A stretch of 63,987 bases of DNA, the filler included, from Salisapilia sapeloensis CBS 127946 (taxonomy: Eukaryota; Protista; Oomycota): NCBI GenBank assembly GCA_023334545.1. It is 6 parts of 6 records of this genome, joined end to end, with 100 filler letters (N's around TTAATTAATTAA, not from the genome) between each part and the next. Parts side by side here need not be neighbours in the genome. Positions count along the whole stretch, not along the records: positions 29,032 to 56,338 come from JAADVB010000237.1; positions 56,439 to 59,480 come from JAADVB010000795.1; 4 more parts are not named here. One strand, given 5' to 3'. Under the pieces are notes generated by a model. It made no database searches. It worked only from the letters and a program-made list of their open reading frames with translations, and had not been told where the DNA came from. The translations under genes and the position numbers were made by a program. Positions 45,263-56,579 of this stretch are shown here, piece by piece (within the stretch, counting starts at the first letter, position 1; every line of letters starts with the position of its first letter).

Positions 45263-46072
45263 CTACGAGTCACCATCAAAGTCGCCATCCATGTCACCCA
45301 TGTCGCCCGTATCGCCCATATCGCCCATAAAGTCTCCCGTATCACCTGCAAACTCCTGCGTCGTAGGCTCTTGACGTCCCCAGTCCCCGCGCATGGCTGA
45401 ATCCAAAAGCATGCCTGTCGCCAGTCCACCTACAGCCCCCGTTGCTCCAGCAGCCCACGAGTTTCCTGTGCCTCGTTGCTCGTACATGGGTGGCGCAGAC
45501 GGCTGCGCGTACCCAGGAGTCGACTGCTGAGGCCCATAATACCCCTGAGGAGGAGCAGTACCATATTGCTGAGCCGGGTACATTGGCTGCGCATACGGCA
45601 CACCTGCGTCGCCACGGCCATGTTCGTGAACATGTTCATAACCATGATGATCTCCATGATGCGACTCGCGATTCGAGCAGCAGCAACATAGACAGCAGGC
45701 TAGTAAAAGTACTGGTAGGATCCAAGACATAGAGCTCGAATGAGATGCTTGTGAGTGAGGATATCCTTGGTGGTACGCGGCGCGCCGACAACGACAGTCA
45801 TATGTGTTATACACACATTCCGCATCAGCAGGACAGCAGCATGGTGAGCCGGATCCGACGGTCTTGCAAAACTTGCCTGGAGCGCCATGGAATGCATGTT
45901 GACAATCCCCTCGAATCATACAAGCGTTGCAACCGGCTGACGATGCTCGCAGTGTCGAGTCAACGGTGAACTCTGTCATGGTCATGTTGCTAAAGCTTTG
46001 CTCCAGTCCAAATGCAGGAAGGTAGCATAAGAGTGTAACGAGCCCTGCCAAAAGTAGCTTCTGTCGGATCAT
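45263..46072 (-). CDS. Single-pass membrane protein: signal peptide, Cys-rich ectodomain, TM with Cys cluster, Pro/Tyr/Gln/Gly-rich tail
   Basis: MIRQKLLLAGLVTLLCYLPAFG; CNAC...C...C...CCCP..AEC...CRC; WILPVLLLACCLCCCC; PPMY; GD-repeat C-terminus. Confidence 0.75.
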   Translation of the reverse strand: MIRQKLLLAGLVTLLCYLPAFGLEQSFSNMTMTEFTVDSTLRASSAGCNACMIRGDCQHAFHGAPGKFCKTVGSGSPCCCPADAECVYNTYDCRCRRAAYHQGYPHSQASHSSSMSWILPVLLLACCLCCCCSNRESHHGDHHGYEHVHEHGRGDAGVPYAQPMYPAQQYGTAPPQGYYGPQQSTPGYAQPSAPPMYEQRGTGNSWAAGATGAVGGLATGMLLDSAMRGDWGRQEPTTQEFAGDTGDFMGDMGDTGDMGDMDGDFDGDS

Positions 46073-46218
46073 TAGGGCGATCGATTTCTTTGACTTGACG
46101 ATGGATTGGCAGAGAAAGACAAAACGGCGTGATGATTGGATAAAACACAGTATCTTGAAGAGATGTAGCCTCGGACTATGTCGCTTCATCCAAGTGACAG
46201 TACTCCGTTACCAGTAGC

Positions 46219-46752
46219 CTACTTGCTACAAGTCTGCAGGATCGACGGTAGGTCGTTCATTTGGTACGCGAGGAATTCAGACATTGTGCCTTCTTCCCCG
46301 TACAGATCTTGGTCCAAGTCGTGAAGAGCAGTGTCGAGTGTGTAGAGCTCCGCCATTGCTTCCTCCTCCGCCTTGGCTTCAGATAGAATCCGATGAACAT
46401 TTTCTCCATACGTCGACAAGAACGATCCCAATACGGCCTCTCCAGTGTCTTGCATACCAGAAAGTATCTTGGACTTGTCAGCCTCAAACTTGGAATTATA
46501 GATGACTGCAGTGGCAACTTTCTCTCTCTTGCTGAAAACCACAGCAATACAATAGCCATTTTCTGTTTCAAAATCCAGGAACTCAAACTCTTGTTCGCTT
46601 GCTACGCTGCTAGAGAACTGTAGCAAACTCGCGACAAACATACACAGTCGATCGTACCGAAACGCAGCACCCGAGCTCTCACGCTCCCACTGGACGATAC
46701 GTTTCCCAGATCCTGTTAGAATTAAGCACGCTGACACTTGGGGCGAATTCAT
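46219..46752 (-). CDS. Hypothetical protein, possibly longin-like fold
   Basis: 177-aa ORF with a beta-beta-alpha-beta-beta-beta-alpha-like hydrophobic pattern; fold is a guess. Confidence 0.5.
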   Translation of the reverse strand: MNSPQVSACLILTGSGKRIVQWERESSGAAFRYDRLCMFVASLLQFSSSVASEQEFEFLDFETENGYCIAVVFSKREKVATAVIYNSKFEADKSKILSGMQDTGEAVLGSFLSTYGENVHRILSEAKAEEEAMAELYTLDTALHDLDQDLYGEEGTMSEFLAYQMNDLPSILQTCSK

Positions 46753-47065
46753 TCCCTTTTTGGTATGCGCTAATCTCGAGGCGATCGAAACGGTCACTCA
46801 GCCCGGTCTGAGATCAACTTCGAGAAAGCCAAATTACTACACCAGTAAAGTGAGAATATAGGATTGCGATGCTCATATCAAAGCTATATGAACAATATGA
46901 AGCACTTGAGACTCATGCGCAAGGTCCTGGTCTGAAGCGGAAACTCTCGTACCGCCCAATAGAACCTCTATCCGTTCTACTAAATTGACGCTTTCGGAAG
47001 ATGTTGAGTTGAGTATGGGAGTCGCAAAGATAGGGAAGAAAAATAGTGCTCGGACACGAGGAAGA

Positions 47066-49699
47066 ATGCTGCGATCGTCTGGGCAGTCGGCCCTCTTGGA
47101 GGAGGCCAAGCGCAGCGTGCGTGAATGTGGCTTCCGGATGGAGCAGCAGATCGAGTCCAATGACGTCGCTGCTGCTGTCGACGATGCCGTCCACCTTCTC
47201 AAAGAGCTGCGGACGAGCCAACTTTCGCCTACGAATTACTACGAGCTCTGTATGAGTGCAGCTCACTTTTCATCAATACTTTTGCTCATTCCTAATTGAC
47301 TATTGATAACAGATATGCTGGCAGTAAACGAGCTACGAAAGCTGGAAGTGTATTTTGAGAAGTTACAGAAGTCTGGCACAAGTATCCAAAGTCTATACGA
47401 CCGCGTCGAAAGCTCTTCTAGTGTCCTACCACGATTGTACCTACTCTTTTATATCAAAACGGTACAATGACCTCACCCTTGATCCTATCCTAGATACCTT
47501 CTCTTCACAGTGGGCTCCGTGGATCTCAAATCGAACAACGACAATGCTCTCGCGATTCTAACGGACCTCGCAGACATGGCCAAAGGCGTCCAACACCCTC
47601 TCAGAGGTCTATTCCTTCGCGAATACTTCTCCAACTGTGTGAATGACGACTTGTTTACTTCAAACGACCTTTTGCACCTCCTGTTGCAAAATTTTCGCGA
47701 AATGAACCGCCTCTGGATCCGTATCAAGCATCAGAAGCTGAGCTCTGAGACACAAACAGAGGCTCTAGTCAGAGAACAGGAACGGTACGACCTTCGTGTG
47801 CTCGTGGGAACCAGTCTCAACCGTCTCAGCCAGTCGGATCAAACCTCTCTTGACCTCTACACGAGTCAGATCTTACCACAGGTGCTCGAGATCCTCGTCA
47901 CATGCAAAGACGCGGTAGCACAGGAGTACATTTTGGATTGCATTATCCAGGCCTTTCCTGTAAACTTCCATCTGCCTACACTCGACAGACTTTTGATGTG
48001 CATGAAAGAGCTGAAACCAGAGATGAACTGGCCGAGTGTTCTGCAGTCACTACTGCAGCGTCTCACGCTGTACATGAGTGCTCTAGAGGAAGCCGCAAGA
48101 GAGGACGTCATGATGTCAACCAGTGGCGACGGACAAGGCAAAGATCTCTTCGCCAAACTCTTGTCAGGAACCAAGAAACTCCAGAAGAAGCACCCGAAGG
48201 AATGCGCAGACGAGAACTTGCTTGGTCTTTTCCACACCCTTGTCAACTTTGTTTTAGAGGCTGGGAATCAGTCTATGTCACGACTTAACGCAGTCTCATC
48301 CTTCGTCCTGCCTCTCCTCCAGGAAGGATACACAGACGAAGACGCGTCGGACGACGGACGGAAAGCGATTCGAAAGGTCATAGACTCCATTGCCACCTCC
48401 CTCCTCCGTTCGCTTCACCTAAGTGAATTGATGCAGCTGGAGTACTTTCCACCCATGCTCCAGCTACTCCCGTACAAGACCAGTCGACGGAAGATCGCAC
48501 TGACGACCATCGACTGCCTCTTTGACCGGAAAGAACACGTCGACAGCGTTCCCCAAGTCTCCTTCCTCTTGCAGACGCTACTTGCTCCTCTGGTCTATGA
48601 CGACCGGAATTCGTCTCCGACCAGTCCAGAGGTGTTTGGGTATGAGGCTTTTGACAAAGAGCAGCAGAAGGTCTCCAAGGTCATCTCGCTCCTGCAGACC
48701 GACGACCTGGACACTCTCTTCCTCATGTTTTCCACCGCCCGCAAGTGCTTTGGCCAAGGAGGTGTCCACCGCATCAAGCACACGCTCACGCCACTCGTCT
48801 ACAGATCCCTCCCACTCGCTCGACAGCTACATGCGCAAGAAGAGGAGAAGTACACTGTCAGCAGTCGACAGGTGCTCCAGTTTGTGCACGAGATGGTGAC
48901 GGCGCTGGCGTCCAAGCTGGAGATGATGAGCTTGGGCTGCATATCGCTCTTTACGCACAGTGCATTAGCTGCAGATGCGTGTGAAGACCATGAGAACATT
49001 GCGTACGAGTTCATGACACAAGCCTTCATCGTATACGAAGACCAGGTGACTGCTTCGAGAGACCAGTGGCGGGCGCTAGAGCTCGTGACGGGAGCTCTGA
49101 GGAGCATCCAGAACCTGTCGAGAGAGAACTACGAGGTGCTGGCCACCAAAGCGACGCAGTACGGAGCCAAGCTGCTTCGGAAGAATGAGCAGGGCGCCAT
49201 GATCCTACGCTGCGCCCACCTCTTTTGGGTATTCATGTGTCTTATAGGCAACTTGTATCCAACTCTAACGTACTTGTGAATGCAGCACCCAAAGTATCAG
49301 GACGGGAAGAGTGTGCTGGAGTGTCTGCAGCGGTCGCTTCGGATTGCAGATGCCTGTAGTGATTCGTCGTCTTCCGTCCAAGTGGTCTTATTCCTCGAGT
49401 GCCTCGAAGCGGTATGTCCGGTCTTTGGTCCATCCTCACTACTCTTTGTTGCTGACGTCTTGATGTTTGTGTAGTATGTGTACTTTTACGCCCAAAAGAC
49501 ACCGGAGGTAACGGCGAACTACGTGAATGGCCTCTTGGCTCTCGTGAATGAACACTTGGAGAACATGGAGCCTGGGCAGGCGAGAGAAGAAGGAGAAGAC
49601 AGGTATTATGCCATCGTGCACTACTTGAAAACGAAGGGCCTCATGTCCGGTGGTGTCCTCGTCACAGCTACGGCGGAACAAGTCTCTTTTCCCTTCTAG
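47066..49699 (+). CDS. VPS35: Retromer subunit VPS35, multi-exon
   Basis: LLEEAKRSVR...ELRTSQLSPTNYYELY, spliced PRLYLLFTVG, KGVQHPLRGLFLREY, NFREMNRLWIR, LRVLVGTSL, FGQGGVHRIKHTL, CAHLFW, VLECLQRSLRIAD. Confidence 0.92.
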
Positions 49700-50048
49700 A
49701 GCCTCTTTCCTCGCATCCTGTCCGCAGCCACAAGAGTCGTCGGCATAATTAAGTAGAAAATGAAGTATACGTTGCCATTATACTGGTCTGTAGGTCTATC
49801 ATTACCTCGCACACAGACATTCTCAGTACAATCTCCTCTGCCCACAAGGGCTTCTGAGCAGTCCGTGCCTATTACGTCGAACTATGACCGGAATGGTGGT
49901 AAAACTGCTGACGATACGCCTGTTTGCGGCACAGGACTCGGCATCTGGTCGTATTACAAATCGCAATGCGCTTCGTAGTCATGCTCAATGTCCGTCAAAC
50001 CTGAGCTCACTATAATTTTAACTCGACAGAAGACATATTACTTGTGAG

Positions 50049-51044
50049 ATGTCTGCGAACGAAAACACCGACGTACCGGCTGAATGGACCATCGACCAGG
50101 TCCCACCGCAAACGGGCAAGGTTGCCATTGTCACTGGGGCCAATTGTGGCATCGGCTACGTCGAGGCAAGAGAGCTTGCTCGGAAAGGGGCGCATGTCAT
50201 CTGCGCTTGTCGTAGCAAGGAGCGAGGCGAGAAAGCTGTCAAAGACATTCAAGAAGAGCTCAAGGCTGACGAAAATGCTACTGGCAAAGTCGAATTTATG
50301 CAACTGGATGTAGCTGACTTGGACAGCGTTCGTAAATTCGCGGACGGATTCCGCCAATCGTTCAGCAAGCTGGACATCCTATTGAATAACGCCGGTGTGA
50401 TGGCCATTGGGTATCAAGAGACACCGCAGGGATATGAGACTCAGTTTACTGTCAACCATCTCGGCCACTTCGCATTGACTGCCCAGCTCTTCGACCTCTT
50501 GCGTAAGAGCGACAGCGCACGTGTAGTGAACGTGAGTAGCATCATGCACTGGTATGCGCGCGACTTTAACGAGGACGAGATCATGCGCCCACAGTCTAAG
50601 TACTCTCCAAACTCGGTCTACAGCGACTCCAAGCTCTGCAACCTCCTATTCACTCTCGAGCTTGACCGTCGCCTGAAGGCTGCTGGCATTGACAACGTCA
50701 AGTCGGTATCTGCCCACCCTGGCATTACCGACTCCAATCTAACGGGACCGCCGAGTGAAAATAACTCGTGGCACTGGCGTCTCCTCTACAAGATTAATGT
50801 CGCCATCATGCAAATATTCAGGCTGAAAAGCCCAACGACTATGGGAGCAGCACCCGAACTCTACGCTGCTACCGGCGAAAACATGAATGGAGGCGATTAT
50901 GTCGGTCCAAACGGATTTAGGCACATTCGCGGGTACCCAGCGAAAGAAGAACCCACGGTACAAGCCAAGTCCGAGACTGCTGCCAAGAAGCTTTGGGCGT
51001 ATAGCGAACAGCTAGCAAGCGTCAACTTCAAGATAAGTAAATAA
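50049..51044 (+). CDS. Short-chain dehydrogenase/reductase, RDH/WWOX-like
   Basis: TGANCGIG, LLNNAGVM, NHLGHFALT, VVNVSS, YSDSK catalytic motif, HPG. Confidence 0.95.
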   Translation: MSANENTDVPAEWTIDQVPPQTGKVAIVTGANCGIGYVEARELARKGAHVICACRSKERGEKAVKDIQEELKADENATGKVEFMQLDVADLDSVRKFADGFRQSFSKLDILLNNAGVMAIGYQETPQGYETQFTVNHLGHFALTAQLFDLLRKSDSARVVNVSSIMHWYARDFNEDEIMRPQSKYSPNSVYSDSKLCNLLFTLELDRRLKAAGIDNVKSVSAHPGITDSNLTGPPSENNSWHWRLLYKINVAIMQIFRLKSPTTMGAAPELYAATGENMNGGDYVGPNGFRHIRGYPAKEEPTVQAKSETAAKKLWAYSEQLASVNFKISK

Positions 51045-51448
51045 ACAAGCTTACTAGCGACCATTTGCTTCCATGTCGAGGTGCCAACGAGTGTTCAAAG
51101 TCATCGATTGCATGCAAAGTTCGACTACTAAAATTATCATATCTGATCCCATATTCCATCTAATCTATCGCCCAATCGAGTTTCTGGTGGAAACCTGGGT
51201 TGGGACCACCGACTATAGCTATCGAGTATGCGATGCAACGTTTATCGACGGTATGCTCATCGTGTGTCTATTGACAGCAATATGGACCTACTTTAACCTA
51301 AGCTACCGTGCTTATCGATGGGAATTAAAATCAAGTACAGATCGTCATCAGCGTTGAGAACAGAATATCTACTGGAATGTCATGTGATGCTTACCCGCTC
51401 ACCGTACACTCTTGCCTTCATCATATTTCATTTTCCCTTGAACGAAAG

Positions 51449-53375
51449 ATGCCGCCAAGCACTCTCACGCCCCTTTGCATTGCGATTCTCCTACTCTTGA
51501 CACGCGTCCAAGGAAATCAAACCGCTATCATTGACGGTATCAGCGGAGAATCGCTTGCAGAGCTTCTCTTGGGAGCCAAAAAAATGTGCTTATTTGCAAT
51601 TCTGCTGCTATTTCGTCTACTGATGCAATGCTACCATAATAGAGTGCTTAAAAACGAAGGATGGAAAACGCTCAACGCTGCAGACGTCCCAAAAGCAGAA
51701 GAATTGTACGTCAATTCGATACGAAGTACTTGGATAGGTCTGACTGAGTCTCAACCGGTTTGTTTCTATGAGCAGACATCTACAAGGCAATCCCATTGAA
51801 TCGATAAATGGCGTCTTTGAGCATCTAAAAATCTTGTAAGCTGCCCTGGAAACGATCAACCAATTCTATTGTCCTCACTTGAGTGCATAGGAAATTGAAT
51901 CATGCGAAGATGAAAGAGTTGGATGCGGAAATGTTTCCAAAGCTAAAATCCTTGTATGTCCCTGCAATCGTATTAATACAATTCAGGCAATGCTTTTACT
52001 GATGCCGTTAATTAGAATGTACATCAATGGGGAGCTTGAGGAGTTTTCTGGCGAGTGGAAGCATCTGGAGTATTTGTACGTTGCATTCAAACTTTAGATG
52101 AAGATATAAAAAATCTTTTCAAGGTGTTAATGTGCTCTTTTGAACAGAGATTTGGCTGCCAACAAACTGGCAAAGTTTGACAATAAACTTCCAAATATTA
52201 GATGGCTGTAGGTTACGTTTATTCGACTCTTAGGATACCACTCCCTTATGCACGACTTTGACTGTAGGCGGCTGAGCAAGAACCAATTGACAGAATTCAA
52301 TTGCAAATACGACAAGCTAAAAAGCCTGTATGCCTTCATATTTTCCGCTCACACCATCTTGATGACATTTAATAAATATAGACGTATTGCGGACAACAAG
52401 TTGGCGACGAGCACGATAAAGACCAAATGCTCGAAGCTTAAAACGCTGTAAGCTAATCTTTACTATTGGGTCCGAGGCTTATCTAATGAACGCTTGTATC
52501 GTATATAGAGATTTGGGGGGCAACAAAATGAATCACTTTGGCGATGGAATTGCTGCAAAGTTTGGAAAGCATCTTCGAGTTCTGTACGCCTCGCTCTTAT
52601 GAATGGCCAAAACCAAGTTCTAAGACTATCTATATACGTGTGCGTGTAGATATGCCGGTCACAACGAAATGAAGATATTTGATGGCATGTGGGAGGAACT
52701 GAAAGAGCTGTAAGCTCCTTTTTTGCCTCAAATACTTTCGATGGATACTAACTTGATTTATGGTGCTACCAGGTACATTGACCACAATGAGATCATTCGA
52801 GTCAAGGCCTATCTTCCCAAGATCATCAAGATGTAAGTGGAGTAACGATGCTACAAGCTATACATATACCAACATCTGGACGTGTAGAGATGCTAGTCAT
52901 AATAAGCTATACGGAGAAGGTTTTCAGATCAAGCCACGAGACGAGTGGGGACAAACATCGGTGACGACGCTCGATTCATTGTACATATCATTTTGCGCTT
53001 TCGTCTCCATGAGGTTTAGAGATTAACTGATGATCGAGTAGAGACTTGTCTTACAATGACGAAGGAGAGGCTTTGAAAGTTCGGTTCGCCTCCGGACAAC
53101 ATCTAAAATACCTGTAGATTTGTCTGACTTACTCATTGGCAAGCCTGCACTAACTTGTATGAATGATAGGAATGTTAAGAAGAGCAGGACGAAGGATTGT
53201 AAGTTCTACATGTCCCGAGGCTATGACAAGCTGTAAGTTTACATATAGATGACCAAAACGTCCATTTGCTGACTTGTTATGTAGTATCCTGCCCAACGGC
53301 AATGAAATGACGAACAGAGACATGCCATACAAGGATTGGTCTGGCATGTACGATGGAACGAATAAGATTAAGTAG
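51449..53375 (+). CDS. Secreted leucine-rich-repeat protein, 15 exons, about 360 aa, one repeat per exon
   Basis: Exons 51449-51585, 51643-51705, 51776-51835, 51891-51953, 52016-52075, 52148-52207, 52268-52327, 52382-52447, 52509-52583, 52650-52709, 52773-52832, 52888-52980, 53042-53113, 53170-53232, 53285-53375 splice GT-AG into one open frame with a signal peptide and xLxxNxLxxF...LxxL repeats. Confidence 0.88.
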
Positions 53376-53491
53376 CATGTGATCAAGGGAGATTGACTAC
53401 CTACGAGTCTATTCGAATCGACTTTTCAACAAGCACAAGCGTTTAATTTCGAAATCACTTTGATGTTTCCTTCTCCTTTCTGTCGACATGA

Positions 53492-55037
53492 TCACTTCTC
53501 CAGCTTCTCTTCTGCCAGCTCCGCCGCCATCTTCTGCTGCTGTCCTAGAATCCGGCCAGCATCCAGCTCCAGCAGATGCAAGTACCTCGCCTGCAGCGCC
53601 GTCGGTTTCCTCAGCACTTCTTCCAGCTGATCCACCCTCTTCTTGGTCGTCAAGACTGCGGCCTCCACTTCGGCCAGTCGAGCAGCATCCATACCTCTCT
53701 TCTTGATCAACTTTTTTAATCGACTCTGATACACATAGTCGTAAATGTTCTCATATTCGTACTCTTGGTTCGTGATGCTCCACCACAGGTACCCGATGAT
53801 GGATACACCGAAGCCTGTGAAGTACGTAACAGGTTCCATGATATCCCATGAAAAATGAATGAACGACAGGTAGAAGTACAAGCCGAAGCCGCCGACGAGG
53901 GTCGTCGTCATGGCGGCAGAGGTACCGTTGGCGGCCCGTACGGCGGCCTTCTCCAGCTCTTTTTCCAAACCTTTGAGCGCTTTGTACTCTGGTTCCCTTT
54001 CGTCGATAAAGGCACGAAGGCGGTCTCGTTCCTTCATGAAGAGTTGGGTCGAGACAGGGGTGAGGCCGATGGACTTGAGGTAGGAGTCGAGGATGCTTCG
54101 AGGCTGGAGGAAGATCGAGTGCTCCAGGTCCTCGTCACCAGACTGTCCAAAGTAAAAGACCGTTCCAGCATGATGGAATGCGTTGAGCACCTCTGCTGCC
54201 TGCGTCTTGGCGATCCCATGTTCTTCACACATCAAGCTGAATTCCTACTAACGAATTAGAGCGAGAGGAGACACGATTGAATACAAAAGGCATACAGAGT
54301 ACGAGATCTTCCACTTGTGGAGCGTGCTGAGCGTGTGGCGGAGTGCGATGACAGCAGACTTTTGAGTGACGGCACGGACGTCGAGGTCGCCACTGTCCAT
54401 AATGCTAGTATACGCATCTCCTACGTGCGTTGTTAGTCAAAATTACACTTACATAAGCCGTTCAACGTACCGATGAACACTGGAGCTCGGACGGAGTACA
54501 CTTTATCGTTGATGGCTAGCTTGAAGTCGTCGCTTAGAACGGAATGCAGCGAATCGCTCGAGAGATACGGGTCTCCTTTCCTCGTCTGCAGAACAATTTC
54601 CTGGATAGAACTGTCCTCGCTTTTGATCTGAGCTGCCACATCCTTCACCGTCGAGTCTATAAAGAAATTATTTATCATCCAAAAGCACATGCCGACGGAA
54701 TGCAACGAACCCAACGAAAGACTGAAGACTCGCTGCTCTTCATTGCCTTTAAGAGGCAATGGGATCGAAATCGCACACGCTCCATTCATGTACTGCATCT
54801 CGAGCGACTGGCGAGCTAAACCAGTGCACAATGAGCTATTTAGTTGCTAGAGAGAGCGTCAGATTGAGTACCATAGGGAGACGATAGGATCGAGGTAGTG
54901 GAAATGGGACTCGTCATAAGCTGTGGGCTGAATCTGAGCTGATGCTTGGACTCTGTCAGAAAGCCATGTCGGACTGAGCTCGAGGAGGAAAAGGAAGGAC
55001 GAATTCGCCCTAGGGAGCGCACGGTGGACCGGATCAT
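53492..55037 (-). CDS. MCU: Mitochondrial calcium uniporter, multi-exon
   Basis: Two TM helices flanking FSWDIMEPVTYF, coiled coils on both sides, presequence-like MIRSTVRSLGRIRPSFSS. Confidence 0.93.
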
Positions 55038-55266
55038 CCTCGATGTGGATTGCAATGTGCAGCTCGTCGTGAGCTCGTGGCATCGTCGTCTCGATATATT
55101 ACACTCCTAAATACCCAGTTCGGCGTTTTCAGTGACACCATTATTCTCGACTATCCGAATTTTATGTCTTCGGATCTACCTCATACAAAACCAAAGTGTA
55201 GTAATCCGAAAAGCGGTGCGTTCGGTCACCTGAGATCCGAAACGAATCGGCGTGGCACAAGTAAAA

Positions 55267-56080
55267 ATGTCGGGAGTTGGTGCTGTCGTCGATGCTGTCT
55301 TCGGCTCCTACGATCTTAAGAATGCCAAGCAGTGGCGTGATGAAGACTTACAATTCCGCGAGCAAGAAAAGCAGTGGAGAGAGGACACCATCTCTCGGGA
55401 ACTCGCCTGGCGGCAGGACGACCTGGAGCGCCGGCGTCGAGTGCTCAAACTCGAGAACGAGAAGCGTGCTATTGATGCTCGTCATAAGCAGTTGTCGGCT
55501 CTGTCTCAGCTGACTGCCATGATCGGAGGTTTCTCCATGGTCTCGCTCGTTGAGATCAATCTTCCTGAGGACTTGAACGAATTCCTCTTGTTCATATACG
55601 GCGCCATCGTCTGCCTACAGGTAGCATTCTATATCGTACAGCCACATTCGACCAAACTAACCCCTTTGAATCTAGTTTATCTGCATGCTATTGTGCATGC
55701 TTATGTGTACTCTGCTGCTTCTAGCTGTGACTCGATACGTTACGCACAAGTTGGAAGCGGAAGTGCTGTCCTTGAGCTCCATCGAGCTAGACCTCCACTC
55801 TCCGTTTGCACACTTTTGGATGAAGACTTGTGAGAACGAATGGTTGGGTGCGTTCCGTCTATTTAGACTAGGCGTTCACTTCTTACTCATGGAGGTGTCG
55901 CTCTTAGGATGGGTAGTCTTTGGTCAATCGTTAGCGGCAGCCATTTGCATCACAATCCTCAGTGCCGTCGCCATGCTGTACTTTTACCTGCATATCTCCA
56001 GTCGATGGAGGTACCTCGTCAAGCCACCAAAACTCCACTCTATTAACCGAACCGACTCTGTATTTGAAAATGCTCCCTGA
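55267..56080 (+). CDS. ORAI: Orai/CRAC-type Ca2+ channel; intron 55621-55675
   Basis: TM1 LTAMIGGFSMVSLVE aligns to Orai1 SALLSGFAMVAMVE (E106); TM3 LGVHFLLMEVSLLGWVVF aligns to IGTLLFLAEVVLLCWVKF (E190); four TM segments. Confidence 0.85.
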
Positions 56081-56197
56081 GTATAAATCCGCATCGAAAT
56101 AAATTGTAGCGATCGTGTATTTAACATGAACTTTTATCCGTCACTCTCCTGATTCCACCACAACTACTTGGTTTATACTTTATACCTGTGCGACTAG

Positions 56198-56338
56198 TTA
56201 TCTTTCATATCGCACCTCTGTGTCCATCGAACGAGGGGAGGCAGACTGTCGGAGGAGATCGAGAAGCATCTCGCGAACGATCTTGGTGTCGTTGGCGAGC
56301 TGTTGGGCTTCCCGCTGGATTTCCTCTGGGGAAAGGTT
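56198..56338 (-). CDS. C-terminal fragment of an unidentified gene
   Basis: Open frame from the gap: NLSPEEIQREAQQLANDTKIVREMLLDLLRQSASPRSMDTEVRYER*. Confidence 0.45.
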   Translation of the reverse strand, partial: NLSPEEIQREAQQLANDTKIVREMLLDLLRQSASPRSMDTEVRYER

Positions 56339-56438
56339 NNNNNNNNNNNNNNNNNNNNNNNNNNNNNNNNNNNNNNNNNNNNTTAATTAATTAANNNNNN
56401 NNNNNNNNNNNNNNNNNNNNNNNNNNNNNNNNNNNNNN
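56339..56438. other. Assembly spacer: N run with TTAATTAATTAA linker
   Basis: Same 100-nt spacer design. Confidence 0.97.
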
Positions 56439-56579
56439 CTCTTCCGCACCGTTGGCTCCGAGCCGCTTTGTAGGGTCTCGAATCAGTAATTCTACACGAA
56501 AGCGTTAAAGTCGTATCCAAATGCACACTACAAGGTAGACAAAGCAACGTACGTTGGATGAGCTCCACAGCATCTGGGG
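56439..56579 (-). repeat. 141-bp inverted copy of 59340-59480 (GRK exon-intron-exon segment)
   Basis: Exact reverse complement by direct comparison; identity stops at a poly-C tract. Confidence 0.95.

Noticed and set aside
51073-51357. 94-aa ORF between the SDR and the LRR gene
   Set aside because: No recognisable features; within chance expectation.
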